From NCBI GenBank assembly GCA_965243025.1, contig CBDETY010000003.1, forward strand, positions 6,208,001 to 6,272,000: a DNA stretch of 64,000 bases. The letters run 5' to 3'. A program made the position numbers and the translations under genes. The DNA is from Candidatus Latescibacterota bacterium. Lineage in GTDB: Bacteria > Latescibacterota > UBA2968 > UBA8231. The notes beneath the pieces were generated by a model. It saw only the letters and a list, made by a program, of their open reading frames with translations, had not been told where the DNA came from and made no database searches. Positions 36,811-52,245 of this stretch are shown here, one piece after another (the stretch's first letter is position 1; each line of letters starts with the position of its first letter).

Positions 36811-39558
36811 TTAGTCGTCGCCGGCGTCGCCGGAGGAGATCTTCAGGGCGTTGTGCAGGGTTTCGAGATCCCGGTCCGAGGCGTCGGTGGCGCCGTATTC
36901 ATCCCGGTACTCGCCGATCAGCCGGATCGCGTCCTCGACGCGGCCCCCGGCCTGCATCGTCGCCGCCAGCTCGCGCCAAGCCTCGTAGCGCTCCGGTTCC
37001 AGGGAGATGGCGACCCGGTAGGCGCGCTCGGCCCGCTCGAGGTCCCGGTAGGTATCCAGCAGGATGCCGGCCAGCGCCAGGGCGTTCTCGTAGGTCGCCG
37101 TCGGATGCTCCCCCACGCTTTCGGAGAGGTGATCCACCGCTTCTTCCAGGTACCTGGCCGCGATAGCCATGCCGCCGATCTCGCGCTGGAGCTCGCTGGC
37201 GGTGTAGTAGGACTCCCAGTTGAGCGGGATGTTCTCGAGAGCCCATTCGGTCAGCTCGGTCAGCTCGTCGTACCGCTGCTGTTCCTGGTACAGGGAAGCC
37301 AGGGTTATGTAGCAGGCGCGGTAGTTCCCCAGCAGCCTGGTGGTGTTGAGGTCCTTGTAGATGCTGCGGTCGCCGACCCCGCGGAAGCGGTAGACCTGCT
37401 TCAGGTTGCGGGCTAGGGCGTCGAGGTCGGTGTCGCGCCCTTTTTCGGGAACGAGCTTGAGGGTCATCCCCACCATGCTCAGGTACGGGTCCAGTCCCAA
37501 CCGGTTGCTCTGGGCGACGGTGATGGCGAAGTAGATGGGCCGCTTCCACTCGTTCCACCTGATGATCCCGATCGTCATGATGTCCTGAACCCGCAGAACG
37601 TCGTTCTGGGGCAGGGTGGATACCTTGGCGTCGAGGCCGAGGTCGGAGAATTCGCGCGGGGTCTTCGGTTCGGGCCACACCCGCTTGTACATGTCGACCA
37701 GCTGGGTGTCGGTGAGAACCGAGTCGATGTAGGTGTCGTCGATGCGGATGTCGACCCTGGGCTCGCGGTCGCGCAGCTGCTTGATGTACCACCCGGTGTT
37801 GAGGAGGCTCAGGTTGACGACGCGGATGTCCCGGCGGATCCCCTCGACCTCCTGGAGGAACCACAGCGGGAAGGTGTCGTTGTCGCCGTTGGTGAACAGG
37901 AGCGCGTCCTCCTCGCAGCTGTTGAGCAGGTTGTAGGCGTAGTCGTAGGCGATGTAGTCGCCGGTGCGGTCCTGGACGTGGTAGCTGCTGGCGCCGGTGC
38001 CGAGCGGAAGCAGCAGGCCGCAGCAGGCGAAACCGGCAAGAACCGGCCTGGCCACACGCCAGCGCTGCCGCGCGAGCTCGACGATGCCGGTCCAGCCGAG
38101 CCCCATCCAGATAGCGAACGCGAAGAACATGCCGCCGAAGACGTAGTGGCGTTCGCGCGGCTGCGGGTCCTGCATGTTGAGGTAGAAGGAGAGCCCGAAC
38201 CCCATGATCAGGAATATCGCCAGCAGCGCCGCGAAGCGGCGCCAGTCGCGCAGCCCGTGCCATACCAGCCCCCAGGCCCCGAGGGCGTACGGGATGAGCG
38301 ACACCGAGATGGTGTGGGCGGCGTTCTCGGTGGCCAGGCGGAAAACGAGGTCGCGGTTGAGCAGGGGAAGCGGGAACTGCTGGAAGAAGTACTTGAACTG
38401 CTGATGCCACAACTGGTAAGCGCGCGAAGCCCGCGGCTCGAGCATCATCAGGAGCATGCTGTCGGTCCCGTACTGCTCGCGGTTGAGGAATTTCTTGAAG
38501 GCGACCCAGGTCTCGGGGTCGTTCTCGTCGATCACCGGGTTGAGCCCGGAACGGATGTACAGGGTCGCGTAGGTCGAGTAGCCGATCGCGAACAGCACCG
38601 CGCTGCCGACGAGAAGCCCCAGGGCGCGGCGGTCGTGCTGATAGAGATGGCGGAGCAGGCCGATGGCGACGACGGCGAGGACGGCGTTGAAGAGCATCCC
38701 CTCGGAAATCAGGGCGCGCCCGGCGAAGGCCGCGGCGCCGGCCCCGAGGAGCCACAGCACCGTCGGGCGCAGCTCATCTTCGGTGATCCAGACGTACGAC
38801 AGGAAGGCGATCAGGCCGGCGGCGGCCAGCAATCCGAGCAAAGCCGCCGAACCCGGCCCGTCGGCGAGCACGGCGAGGATGAAGAACCCCTCCAGCCCGG
38901 CGCCCACCATGACCGCAATCAGGCGGCGCAGGCCGCGGTCGGCGAACCAGGCGAGGATCAGCAGGCCGGGAATGATCAGCAGGCAGAGCAGGTGCAGCCC
39001 GCCGCCGAGTCCGAACAGGTAGGCGACGAGAAACAGCCAGCGGTCGTTCATGGATCCGTGCCCGGTCCCTTCCCAGTACAGGACCAGCCAGAACCCCAGG
39101 GCGACGAACAGTATCGAGTAGCCGTAGACCTCGGCCTCGGTGGCGTTGAACCAGAAGGTGTAGGAGACCGCCAGGGTCAGCGAGGCCAGGGCGGACCCGA
39201 GGGTCACCGAGAGGTCGCGGTCGTCGCCGAATACCCGCAGCGGTTCCCCGCCCATGGCGCGGCGCGCTATCGCCGCGGTGCCGAGGTAGGTGCACCATAC
39301 GGCCAGGGCGGAGGAGAGGGCCGACATAAGCACCACGCGCCAGGCGACCTCCATGACCGGGATCATGGAGAACAGCCGTCCGAGCAGCACGTACAGCGGC
39401 GAGCCCGGCGGATGCGGAACGCTGAGGGTGTATGAGGTGGCGATGAACTCGCCGGTGTCCCAGAAGGAGACCGACGGCGCCATGGTCAGCAGGTACAGAC
39501 CGAAGGAAATCAGGAAAACAGCCACACCGGCACAGCGGTGCATCACTGCTGGATTCAT
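36811..39558 (-). CDS. DUF2723/TMEM260-like GT-C membrane protein with C-terminal TPR
   Basis: MAPSVSFWDTGEFI..VPHPPGSPLY, FWFNATEAEVY, LNREQYG, PRERHY, FTNGDNDTFPLW..RVVNLSLLNT. Confidence 0.9.
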   Translation of the reverse strand: MNPAVMHRCAGVAVFLISFGLYLLTMAPSVSFWDTGEFIATSYTLSVPHPPGSPLYVLLGRLFSMIPVMEVAWRVVLMSALSSALAVWCTYLGTAAIARRAMGGEPLRVFGDDRDLSVTLGSALASLTLAVSYTFWFNATEAEVYGYSILFVALGFWLVLYWEGTGHGSMNDRWLFLVAYLFGLGGGLHLLCLLIIPGLLILAWFADRGLRRLIAVMVGAGLEGFFILAVLADGPGSAALLGLLAAAGLIAFLSYVWITEDELRPTVLWLLGAGAAAFAGRALISEGMLFNAVLAVVAIGLLRHLYQHDRRALGLLVGSAVLFAIGYSTYATLYIRSGLNPVIDENDPETWVAFKKFLNREQYGTDSMLLMMLEPRASRAYQLWHQQFKYFFQQFPLPLLNRDLVFRLATENAAHTISVSLIPYALGAWGLVWHGLRDWRRFAALLAIFLIMGFGLSFYLNMQDPQPRERHYVFGGMFFAFAIWMGLGWTGIVELARQRWRVARPVLAGFACCGLLLPLGTGASSYHVQDRTGDYIAYDYAYNLLNSCEEDALLFTNGDNDTFPLWFLQEVEGIRRDIRVVNLSLLNTGWYIKQLRDREPRVDIRIDDTYIDSVLTDTQLVDMYKRVWPEPKTPREFSDLGLDAKVSTLPQNDVLRVQDIMTIGIIRWNEWKRPIYFAITVAQSNRLGLDPYLSMVGMTLKLVPEKGRDTDLDALARNLKQVYRFRGVGDRSIYKDLNTTRLLGNYRACYITLASLYQEQQRYDELTELTEWALENIPLNWESYYTASELQREIGGMAIAARYLEEAVDHLSESVGEHPTATYENALALAGILLDTYRDLERAERAYRVAISLEPERYEAWRELAATMQAGGRVEDAIRLIGEYRDEYGATDASDRDLETLHNALKISSGDAGDD

Positions 39559-39659
39559 GTGATCAGCTCGAAATAACCGGCAATGCCGAGAGGACGCGGG
39601 GGGATCGAACAGAACCTGAAGAAGAGACAGTAGAAGCTAACCACAGGCGGGGCGGGTCG

Positions 39660-40313
39660 CTATTCCGCCAGCAGCACCGTTCCCCAGGTGCCCGGGTCGT
39701 GGATGAGGGGAGGGTTGCGGCCGGCGGTCCAGGACTGGCCTCCGAGATCGCAGTCGTGCAGCACGTAGTTGAAACCGAGGCGGTCGAACTCGCGCGGTTC
39801 GAACCCGTTGAGCCCGGACGCAGGGAGGGCGATCTCCATGCGGTAGCTCCGCTTGAGCCGCTTCAGCCCCACCGCGATTTCCTCCTCCGGGCAGGGGGGG
39901 GCCTGCTCGCGCGCCCTGTCGATGGCGGTCTGGCGGCCGATCGGCTTGCGCCCGTCCGTGCCGCTGCCCCCGGGAAGGAAAAAGAAATGGTGGCAGAAGC
40001 GGTTGGCCGTGTGGGCGTCCTTGACGTCCCGGGTGTCGATCCAGAGCTCGAGGCAGTCCCCCTGCCAGTAGTTTTTGGGATCGATGGCAAACCCCTTCTT
40101 GCCTTCGACCCGGACCGCGAAGTAGAGGCCGTCGTCGTTCCAGGCCATCAGGAGATCGGCGAACGGCTTCTCCCCCTCGAGGCCGAGCAGGTCCGGAAGT
40201 CGGAAGCTGCTGTCCCAGTCCCCGAGGTCGCCGTCGACGCGCGGCGCTTCCCCGCGGTAACGGCAGGGGGCGGCGAAGCTGAAGAACGCCCGCTTCGGCA
40301 CGGCGAAATTCAA
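39660..40313 (-). CDS. CBM9-like/DOMON domain protein without a signal peptide
   Basis: PRVDGDLGDW, AWNDDGLYFAV, GDCLELWIDT, YRMEIALP, PGTWG. Confidence 0.65.
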   Translation of the reverse strand: MNFAVPKRAFFSFAAPCRYRGEAPRVDGDLGDWDSSFRLPDLLGLEGEKPFADLLMAWNDDGLYFAVRVEGKKGFAIDPKNYWQGDCLELWIDTRDVKDAHTANRFCHHFFFLPGGSGTDGRKPIGRQTAIDRAREQAPPCPEEEIAVGLKRLKRSYRMEIALPASGLNGFEPREFDRLGFNYVLHDCDLGGQSWTAGRNPPLIHDPGTWGTVLLAE

Positions 40314-40350
40314 GGAGCGGCACCTCCCCGGCGGAAGCCCTGGATTCCCT

Positions 40351-46032
<5,682 letters not shown>

Positions 46033-46106
46033 TGGCCGAGGGTCGCGGCCGGAGGGGGGAGCAGCGCGGTGCGCAGGGGCCGGCCTCGAAAAAAGGTGAA
46101 CCGCTG

Positions 46107-46134
46107 AAACTACGACACCAATGTGAGCGGGCAA
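46107..46134 (-). promoter_or_regulatory. Putative uvrA promoter
   Basis: TTGCCC-N16-TAGTTT. Confidence 0.45.
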
Positions 46135-46345
46135 GAAGGGAGGGCGGCCCCGATTCCCGGGGCGGACCGGGAGGGGAATCGGGACAGGACACCAGCCTCT
46201 TATACTGGCGCCCCGGGGCCGGAATTGCCCAACTTTCCCCGCCGGGAAGGCAGCTTCAGGATCGCAGTCGCGGTTGGACTGCCAACCGGGGAGGAGAAGG
46301 TTTCCGCCCACGTATAAAACCCGAAAACGGACAGGGAACCGAAAG

Positions 46346-47164
46346 ATGATCAAACTCGGAGCGAATACCGTCCTCTTCGCAGGCTTCGACCTGGCGACCG
46401 CCATGGAGCAGATCTCGCGGGCCGGGTACGACGGCGTAGAGCTGGCGGCCATCAGGGGGATGTGCGAGCACCTCGACCTCGACGACTACAAGGCGCAAGC
46501 CCCCGCGATACGGGAGCTGGCGCAGAGATACGGGCTCGAGCTGCTGGCGATGGAGGTCGCGTCACTGGAAGAGGAAAGGCTGACAAAGGCGTACGAGGCG
46601 GGACGCGAGCTCGGCATACCGGTGGTCAACGTAGGCCCGGGGGGCAGGAGCGGCGTCGAGGAGGATTTCGAGCGCCAGGTCGGACAGTTGCGGAAGATGG
46701 CGGACAAGGCCGCCGGGTACGGGGTCGTCCTCTGCGCCAAGGCGCACGTCGGCCAGTGCATTCACGACACCCCGACGACGCTGCGGGCGATGGAGCGGAT
46801 ATCGTCCCCCTCGTTCGGCGTCGACATGGACCCGAGCCACATTTTCCGGGCCGCTCCCGGGGAGAACCCGGTGGAAGCCCTGGAGGCGGTGATATCGAGG
46901 GTTGCCCACGTCCATATCCGCGACTGCGGCGAGGATCTCAAGGGGACGGGGGGCCCGCCGGGCCCTCCGGAGGAGCAGGCATGCGGCCGCGGCGGGATCG
47001 ACCTGTTCGGGTACGTCCGCGTCCTGCACGAGTCGGCGATCGACGTCGCCGTCAACCTCGAGGTGATCGGCGCCGGCGAGTACGACCTGGCGCACGCGTC
47101 GGCGATCGCCGCGGAGAGCCGCGGCTACCTGAACGCCTGTCTGAAAGCGTGCGGGGCGCGCTGA
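46346..47164 (+). CDS. Sugar phosphate isomerase/epimerase (xylose isomerase-like TIM barrel)
   Basis: AGYDGVEL, DMDPSH, HVHIRD, GRGGID. Confidence 0.8.
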   Translation: MIKLGANTVLFAGFDLATAMEQISRAGYDGVELAAIRGMCEHLDLDDYKAQAPAIRELAQRYGLELLAMEVASLEEERLTKAYEAGRELGIPVVNVGPGGRSGVEEDFERQVGQLRKMADKAAGYGVVLCAKAHVGQCIHDTPTTLRAMERISSPSFGVDMDPSHIFRAAPGENPVEALEAVISRVAHVHIRDCGEDLKGTGGPPGPPEEQACGRGGIDLFGYVRVLHESAIDVAVNLEVIGAGEYDLAHASAIAAESRGYLNACLKACGAR

Positions 47165-47513
47165 GCCGGGGGCTGGAAGCGATCGGGACCTCCGCCGCGC
47201 ATGGCAGGTTTGCCTGCGGTTCCTTCCCGGCCGTTCTCAATCCCGCCGATGCGGCGACCCCATGTGTTCCGATCGAAGCTCCTTGCCGCCGGCTTCTCCT
47301 GTTTCCGGCATGCCCCACTGCAGGGCAAGAGTCGAATTCGGGTTTGGGGCTGCAGCACCGGGTGTGCCGGATCAACCGGTCCCTGACCGCCGGTTCCACC
47401 GTGTCGGGGGGCAATCAGCGGCTGTTTTCGCCCCGGAGCCGAATCCCCCCGGGTTGGGCACCCGGCGCCCCATGAACGTCGATCAAACGGTTTCTGACCC
47501 CTGGACCCCAACC

Positions 47514-48077
47514 ATGTCGGGCAGCATCCGCACCTTCGTCGCCATAGAGCTTCCTGCAGGTCTGCGCTCCGCCCTCGCCGGGGTTCCCGCAGCGGCGTCC
47601 CTCCCGGCAGCAGCCTCAGTCCGGTGGACGCCGCCGGAGAACCTGCACCTCACCCTGCGCTTTCTCGGCGATACCCCGGAAGAGCAGCTCCCCCCTCTCG
47701 CGGACGCCCTCGACGGGATCGCGGCCGGCGCCGCTTCCTTCGAGCTCGAGCTGGGAGCGGCCGGGGCCTTCCCCGAGGCACGAAACGCCCGTGTCCTCTG
47801 GGTCGGTCTCGTCGACGCGGACCGCAAGCTGCGAAGGCTGCGCAACCAGGTCGAAGCCGCGGTTCGCGCTCTCGGCTGGAAACGGGAAGGCAGGCGGTTC
47901 CAGCCGCACCTGACGCTGGCCCGCATGCGCCGGCCCACCCGCCTGCCCGCGGGCGGCTGGATCGAAGCGGTTCCCCGCTGCGGATTTGCGGTGAAGGAGG
48001 TCGTCCTGATTCGCAGCACCCTCAAACCGGCCGGGGCCGAGTACGACGTTCTGCACCGCGCCCCGCTGGCCGGATGA
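47514..48077 (+). CDS. thpR: RNA 2',3'-cyclic phosphodiesterase (2H family)
   Basis: RTFVAI, HLTLRFLG, PHLTLAR. Confidence 0.9.
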   Translation: MSGSIRTFVAIELPAGLRSALAGVPAAASLPAAASVRWTPPENLHLTLRFLGDTPEEQLPPLADALDGIAAGAASFELELGAAGAFPEARNARVLWVGLVDADRKLRRLRNQVEAAVRALGWKREGRRFQPHLTLARMRRPTRLPAGGWIEAVPRCGFAVKEVVLIRSTLKPAGAEYDVLHRAPLAG

Positions 48078-48092
48078 GCCGCCAACCTCGCG

Positions 48093-48422
48093 GAGAAGGT
48101 TGCTCAACAGGGAAGCGGGGTCATGGGGCCGATTACAAGGGCGGACCCCCGGGGGGGGATCCCGCGATTCAAAGGTGATGGGCGCAAACACCCGATCCAG
48201 GGGCGCAGGGGCGGCCGCAGCCCGGATGGACTGTTGCAACGGTCTGCCTGTGTCCCGTCTGCAGAGATAGATAGACACAATCGGGATGCCGAGGCGCCCG
48301 GCTCACAAGGCGCCTGAGCGAGTCGTACCGAGGTACCGAGGGCATACGGCGAGTGAAGGCAACGCCGTAATCGGCCTCCAGGGCCGGCCGCAGCCCGGGT
48401 TGACCAACCCAAAGGTCTGCTA
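48093..48422. repeat. Two degenerate tandem MITE/REP-like units
   Basis: 35-nt direct repeat at 48213-48247 and 48386-48420 (GGCCGCAGCCCGG...GAC.....CAA.GGTCTGC); internal CAAGGCGC...GCGAGTCGTA...TACGGCGAG...GCAACGCCG core. Confidence 0.5.
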
Positions 48423-49601
48423 AGGGCTGCGGAAGATCGCGAAGGCGCTGGTGTACCCGTGCAGGTAGGTCGAGCCGCCGACCTGTCCGATCTCGCCGCC
48501 GCAGAAGAATCCCCCCAGGGGCACCTCCCCGACCGCGTCGGAGAACAGCCGCGAGTCGTGGCCGGGCTCGCCGAAGAAGGCCTGGCCGCGGCCGTTGCAG
48601 GAAAACAGCAGGACTCCGTCCGGGGCGGCGTCCCGTTTCTCGCGCCGGTAGCGCTCGAGCATCAGGGTGAGGTCCTCGGAGGCCGTGTCGCTGTCGCGCA
48701 GGTGGAAGCGGACCGTCTGCCCGGTGCGCAGCTTGTCGCCGACGGCGATGGTCCCCTTCTCGTGGTCGAGCTGCAGGACGTTGCGGATGAGGTAGTCCCC
48801 CTGGCCGAGATCTTCCTTCAGCTCGGTGGAGGCGATGCCGACGTGCAGGGCCCGCCTCAGCAGCTCTTGGTCCTGCTCCCCGAGGCTGTGGTAGAGATCG
48901 ATGAGGGACTCGACCGCGGAGCGCCCGTCCAGCTCCGAGAGGAAGTAGCCGCTGCATCCGGTCACCGTCATCGGCTCGCCGATGGCGCGGCAGCCCTGGG
49001 CGACCACCGTGTCGACGGCGACCGCCCCCTGGAGGGCGGCGCCGACGCAGCCGCCTGCCTGCACCTCGCCGTCGAGAAAGAGGCGGTTCCCCTGCAGGCC
49101 CGAGGCGAGGCCCCCGACCTTGGTGGCGTCCGCGTAGGCGTAGTCGAGCCCCATGAGCAGCGGCCGCGGATCGAACCCCTCGGCCCCGGCGGGGTCGACG
49201 AGCATCAGGAAGTGGGGGGTGGGCTCCCTGTCGACGCCGAGGGCCTCGACCCACCGGTCCGGTCCGCTGTCGAGGTCGGGCAGATCCCCCGGGCCCAGGT
49301 GGAAGGGGGTGATCTCCACCCCGGGCAGCACCGCCGCGGTGAGCGCCAGCCCGGGCACATCCTCGAGCTCGCGGCCGCCGCCGATCACGCCGATGGCGGT
49401 GCAGCCGATGAAGGTCTTCGGCGCGAAGCTGTTGGCGATCAGGCGCGGCAGCCTGTCGAGGTCATCCTCGTAGTGGGGGGTGACGAAGGCGGTGACGAGG
49501 TCGGCGGTCGCGTTTCCGGTCTGCCGGGCAAGCTCGCGCTTGAGCTCGGCCACGGCGGCGGTGATTTCTCTCTCGGTGGAAACGGCTGATGCCCACTGCA
49601 T
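48420..49601 (-). CDS. FIST N/C domain protein
   Basis: IGCTAIGVIG, VAQGCRAIG, YLIRNV, LFSCNGRG, GFFCGGEIG. Confidence 0.9.
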   Translation of the reverse strand: MQWASAVSTEREITAAVAELKRELARQTGNATADLVTAFVTPHYEDDLDRLPRLIANSFAPKTFIGCTAIGVIGGGRELEDVPGLALTAAVLPGVEITPFHLGPGDLPDLDSGPDRWVEALGVDREPTPHFLMLVDPAGAEGFDPRPLLMGLDYAYADATKVGGLASGLQGNRLFLDGEVQAGGCVGAALQGAVAVDTVVAQGCRAIGEPMTVTGCSGYFLSELDGRSAVESLIDLYHSLGEQDQELLRRALHVGIASTELKEDLGQGDYLIRNVLQLDHEKGTIAVGDKLRTGQTVRFHLRDSDTASEDLTLMLERYRREKRDAAPDGVLLFSCNGRGQAFFGEPGHDSRLFSDAVGEVPLGGFFCGGEIGQVGGSTYLHGYTSAFAIFRSP

Positions 49602-49704
49602 GGGTCGATCCTCCGTGGCGAAGGCGGGACGAGGCCGGCGGGGGGAGGTGCGCGAACCCTGGCGGCTGCTTGATGAATATGGATTAAATCCGCTTGTTCA
49701 CAAC

Positions 49705-50529
49705 ATGATCGTCGAGTGGAACACCCACATGTTCAGCGCCGACCAGGAGCGCTTCCCCCTCCACCGCGACGCCCCCTACCAGCCGGAGCTGGAGGCCGAT
49801 CCGCTGGCGCGGTACCTCGGCCACATGGAGGAGGAGGGCATCGACCGCGCCGTCCTCGTGCAGGCGTCGACGTACTGGGACGACCACCGCCTGATCCTCG
49901 ACTGCCTGCGCCGCGAGCCGGACAGGCTGCGCGGCACCTGCCTGTTCCGCAGCGGCGACGACGGCGCCCCGCGGGCGATGCGGGAGCTGGTGGCCGCCGA
50001 GCCGCGCATCGTCGCCTGGCGCCACTACGGGGTCGGAGGCCGGGACGGGCCCCTGGTGGAGCGCTTCGACGACTGGGTGCTGCGCCAGTGGCGGGAAGCC
50101 GCCGGGCTCGGGCTCGTCGTCGAGCTGCTGATAAACGGCATCTACGCCAGGGCCGCTGCCGACGCCATCCGCCGCGTCCCCGACTGCACCGTGCTCCTCG
50201 ACCACCTGTGCGAACCCCACACCACCAGCGCCGTCGAGTACGCCCACGTCCTCGACCTCGCCGGCTTCGACCAGGTGTACATGAAGCTCTCCGGGCTCAA
50301 CCACTTCGCCCCGGATCCTCCCCTGTTCGAGAGCGCCAGGCCGCTCACGGCCAGGGTGGCCGAGGCGTTCGGCCCGCGGCGCATGGTCTGGGGCAGCGGC
50401 ACCCCGCGCATCGTCGACGCCCATCTGGAGTCGTACAGCGAGGAGGAGCGGGCCCTGGTCAAGGGGGAGAACCTCGCGGCTCTCCTCGGTCTTTCGCGAA
50501 CGGCGGCAGGTGGACCCGGGCCGCGCTGA
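49705..50529 (+). CDS. Amidohydrolase family 2 protein (lactonase-like)
   Basis: GIDRAVLVQ, LLDHL, YMKLSG, AFGPRRMVWGS. Confidence 0.8.
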   Translation: MIVEWNTHMFSADQERFPLHRDAPYQPELEADPLARYLGHMEEEGIDRAVLVQASTYWDDHRLILDCLRREPDRLRGTCLFRSGDDGAPRAMRELVAAEPRIVAWRHYGVGGRDGPLVERFDDWVLRQWREAAGLGLVVELLINGIYARAAADAIRRVPDCTVLLDHLCEPHTTSAVEYAHVLDLAGFDQVYMKLSGLNHFAPDPPLFESARPLTARVAEAFGPRRMVWGSGTPRIVDAHLESYSEEERALVKGENLAALLGLSRTAAGGPGPR

Positions 50530-50595
50530 TCCAGGGGCGGACCGCGGACCGCGGAGCGTGAGTCCCGGAGAGGGAGCCCGGAAAGTCAGACCGGA

Positions 50596-51474
50596 ATGAA
50601 ATACAGGACGCTGGGCAGAACGGGACTGAAGGTGAGCGAGGTCAGCCTCGGGGGAGCCTACATCGGCGGCACCGACCCCGAGAACCGCCGGCAGAACGCC
50701 GTCGAGCTGGTGTCGCGGGCCCTGGAGCTGGGGGTCAACTACATCGACACCGCCCCCCTGTACGGCGACAGCGAGGAGCTCCTCGGAGAGGCGCTGGCCG
50801 CCGCGGGCGAACCGGTGCAGGTGGCGACCAAGTTCGGTTTCGACCCCGAGGACTTCGACTACAGCGCCGGTGCGGTCCTGCGCAGCCTGGAGCGCAGCCT
50901 CCGGCGGCTCGGCGTCGAGCGCCTGACCACGGCGCAGATCCACGAGGTCAACCTCCCCGGATGGGAGCGCATAACCGGACCGGGGGGCGCCCTCGAGGGA
51001 CTGCGGGCGGCGCAGAAGCAGGGGATGTGCGATTACATCGGCATCACCGGCCGGGCCATTCCGCTGCTGGGGCGGCTGGCGGCGACCGGGGAGTTCGACA
51101 CCCTGCTCGTGTACCACGACTACCATCCGGTCTCGCGGCTCGCGGCCGAAGCGGTGATCCCGGCGGCGGCAGCGGCCGGCATGGGGATCGTCGTCGCCAC
51201 CATCCTCGCCGGCGGCCTCTTCGGGTACAGCGAGAGAAGGGATGCGGTGCTCGCCGGCCTCGAGCCGGCGGAGCGCAGCCGCGCCGCGAAGGTGCTGGAA
51301 CAGCTGCGCCGGCAACCTGGAACCCTGCCGCAGAACGCCTTCCGCTGGGTCCTGGCGGACGAGCGCGTCAGCACCGCCTGCAGCGGCGCCGGAAAGGTCG
51401 CCGAGCTCGAGGAGGTGGCGGCCGCCTCGGAGATGCCCCCCCTCGACCGGGGCGCGGCGACGGGAGCGGCGTGA
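50596..51474 (+). CDS. Aldo/keto reductase
   Basis: MKYRTLGRTGLKVS, YIDTAPLYGDSE, VATK, SLERSLRRL. Confidence 0.9.
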   Translation: MKYRTLGRTGLKVSEVSLGGAYIGGTDPENRRQNAVELVSRALELGVNYIDTAPLYGDSEELLGEALAAAGEPVQVATKFGFDPEDFDYSAGAVLRSLERSLRRLGVERLTTAQIHEVNLPGWERITGPGGALEGLRAAQKQGMCDYIGITGRAIPLLGRLAATGEFDTLLVYHDYHPVSRLAAEAVIPAAAAAGMGIVVATILAGGLFGYSERRDAVLAGLEPAERSRAAKVLEQLRRQPGTLPQNAFRWVLADERVSTACSGAGKVAELEEVAAASEMPPLDRGAATGAA

Positions 51475-52235
51475 TGCCCGGGCGTCCGTACATCCTCGCC
51501 GAAACCACCTGGAAGACGGTCCGGGACACCGGGTACGAGGTCGCGGTGCTGCCCTGGGGAGCGACCGAGGCCCACAACTACCACCTTCCCTACGCGACCG
51601 ACGTCATCGAATCGGACAGGATCGCCGCGGAAGCGGCGCGGCTGGCCTGGGAGCGGGGGGCCAGGAACGTCGTGCTGCCGGCGATTCCGTACGGGGTCAA
51701 CACCGGCCAGCTCGACATCAGGCTCGACATCAATCTCAATCCGTCGACGCAGCTGGCGGTGCTGCAGGACATCGTCGAGGTCCTCGACCACCAGGGGATC
51801 CCCAAGCTCGTCATACTCAACGGCCACGGCGGCAACGATTTCCGCCAGATGGTGCGGGAGCTGACGCGGCGCTGCCAGACCTTCCTCTGCATCGTCGACT
51901 GGTTCCGGCTCGTCGACGCCGGGATCTTCGACGAGGTCGGGGACCACGCCGGAGAGATGGAGACCAGCCTGATGCAGTTCCTCGCCCCGGAGCTGGTCCT
52001 GCCCCTGTCGCAGGCGGGGCCCGGCAGGGAGAGGAAGTTCAGGATCCGGGCGCTGCGCGAGGGCCGGGCCTGGTCGCAGCGCGACTGGACAAGGGCCGCC
52101 CCCGACACCGGCGTCGGCGACCCGGGGCCCGCGACTCCTGAGAAGGGGGAGCGCTGCTTCTCCCTGCTCACCGCGGAGATCGCCGATTTCCTCGTCGACC
52201 TGGCGGCGGCGGATACGGGCGACCTTTACGAGTAA
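51474..52235 (+). CDS. Creatininase family amidohydrolase
   Basis: PWGATEAHNYHLPYATD, NGHGGN, HAGEMETS. Confidence 0.9.
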   Translation: MPGRPYILAETTWKTVRDTGYEVAVLPWGATEAHNYHLPYATDVIESDRIAAEAARLAWERGARNVVLPAIPYGVNTGQLDIRLDINLNPSTQLAVLQDIVEVLDHQGIPKLVILNGHGGNDFRQMVRELTRRCQTFLCIVDWFRLVDAGIFDEVGDHAGEMETSLMQFLAPELVLPLSQAGPGRERKFRIRALREGRAWSQRDWTRAAPDTGVGDPGPATPEKGERCFSLLTAEIADFLVDLAAADTGDLYE

Positions 52236-52245
52236 GGCCTTCGCG

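Noticed and set aside
46033-46345. SOS box upstream of uvrA
   Set aside because: Only half-sites (GTGAAC, CTGAAA) are present, with no palindrome like the one at recA.
47165-47470. Long imperfect hairpin before thpR as an ncRNA
   Set aside because: The pairing is weak for GC-rich DNA and no motif is recognisable.
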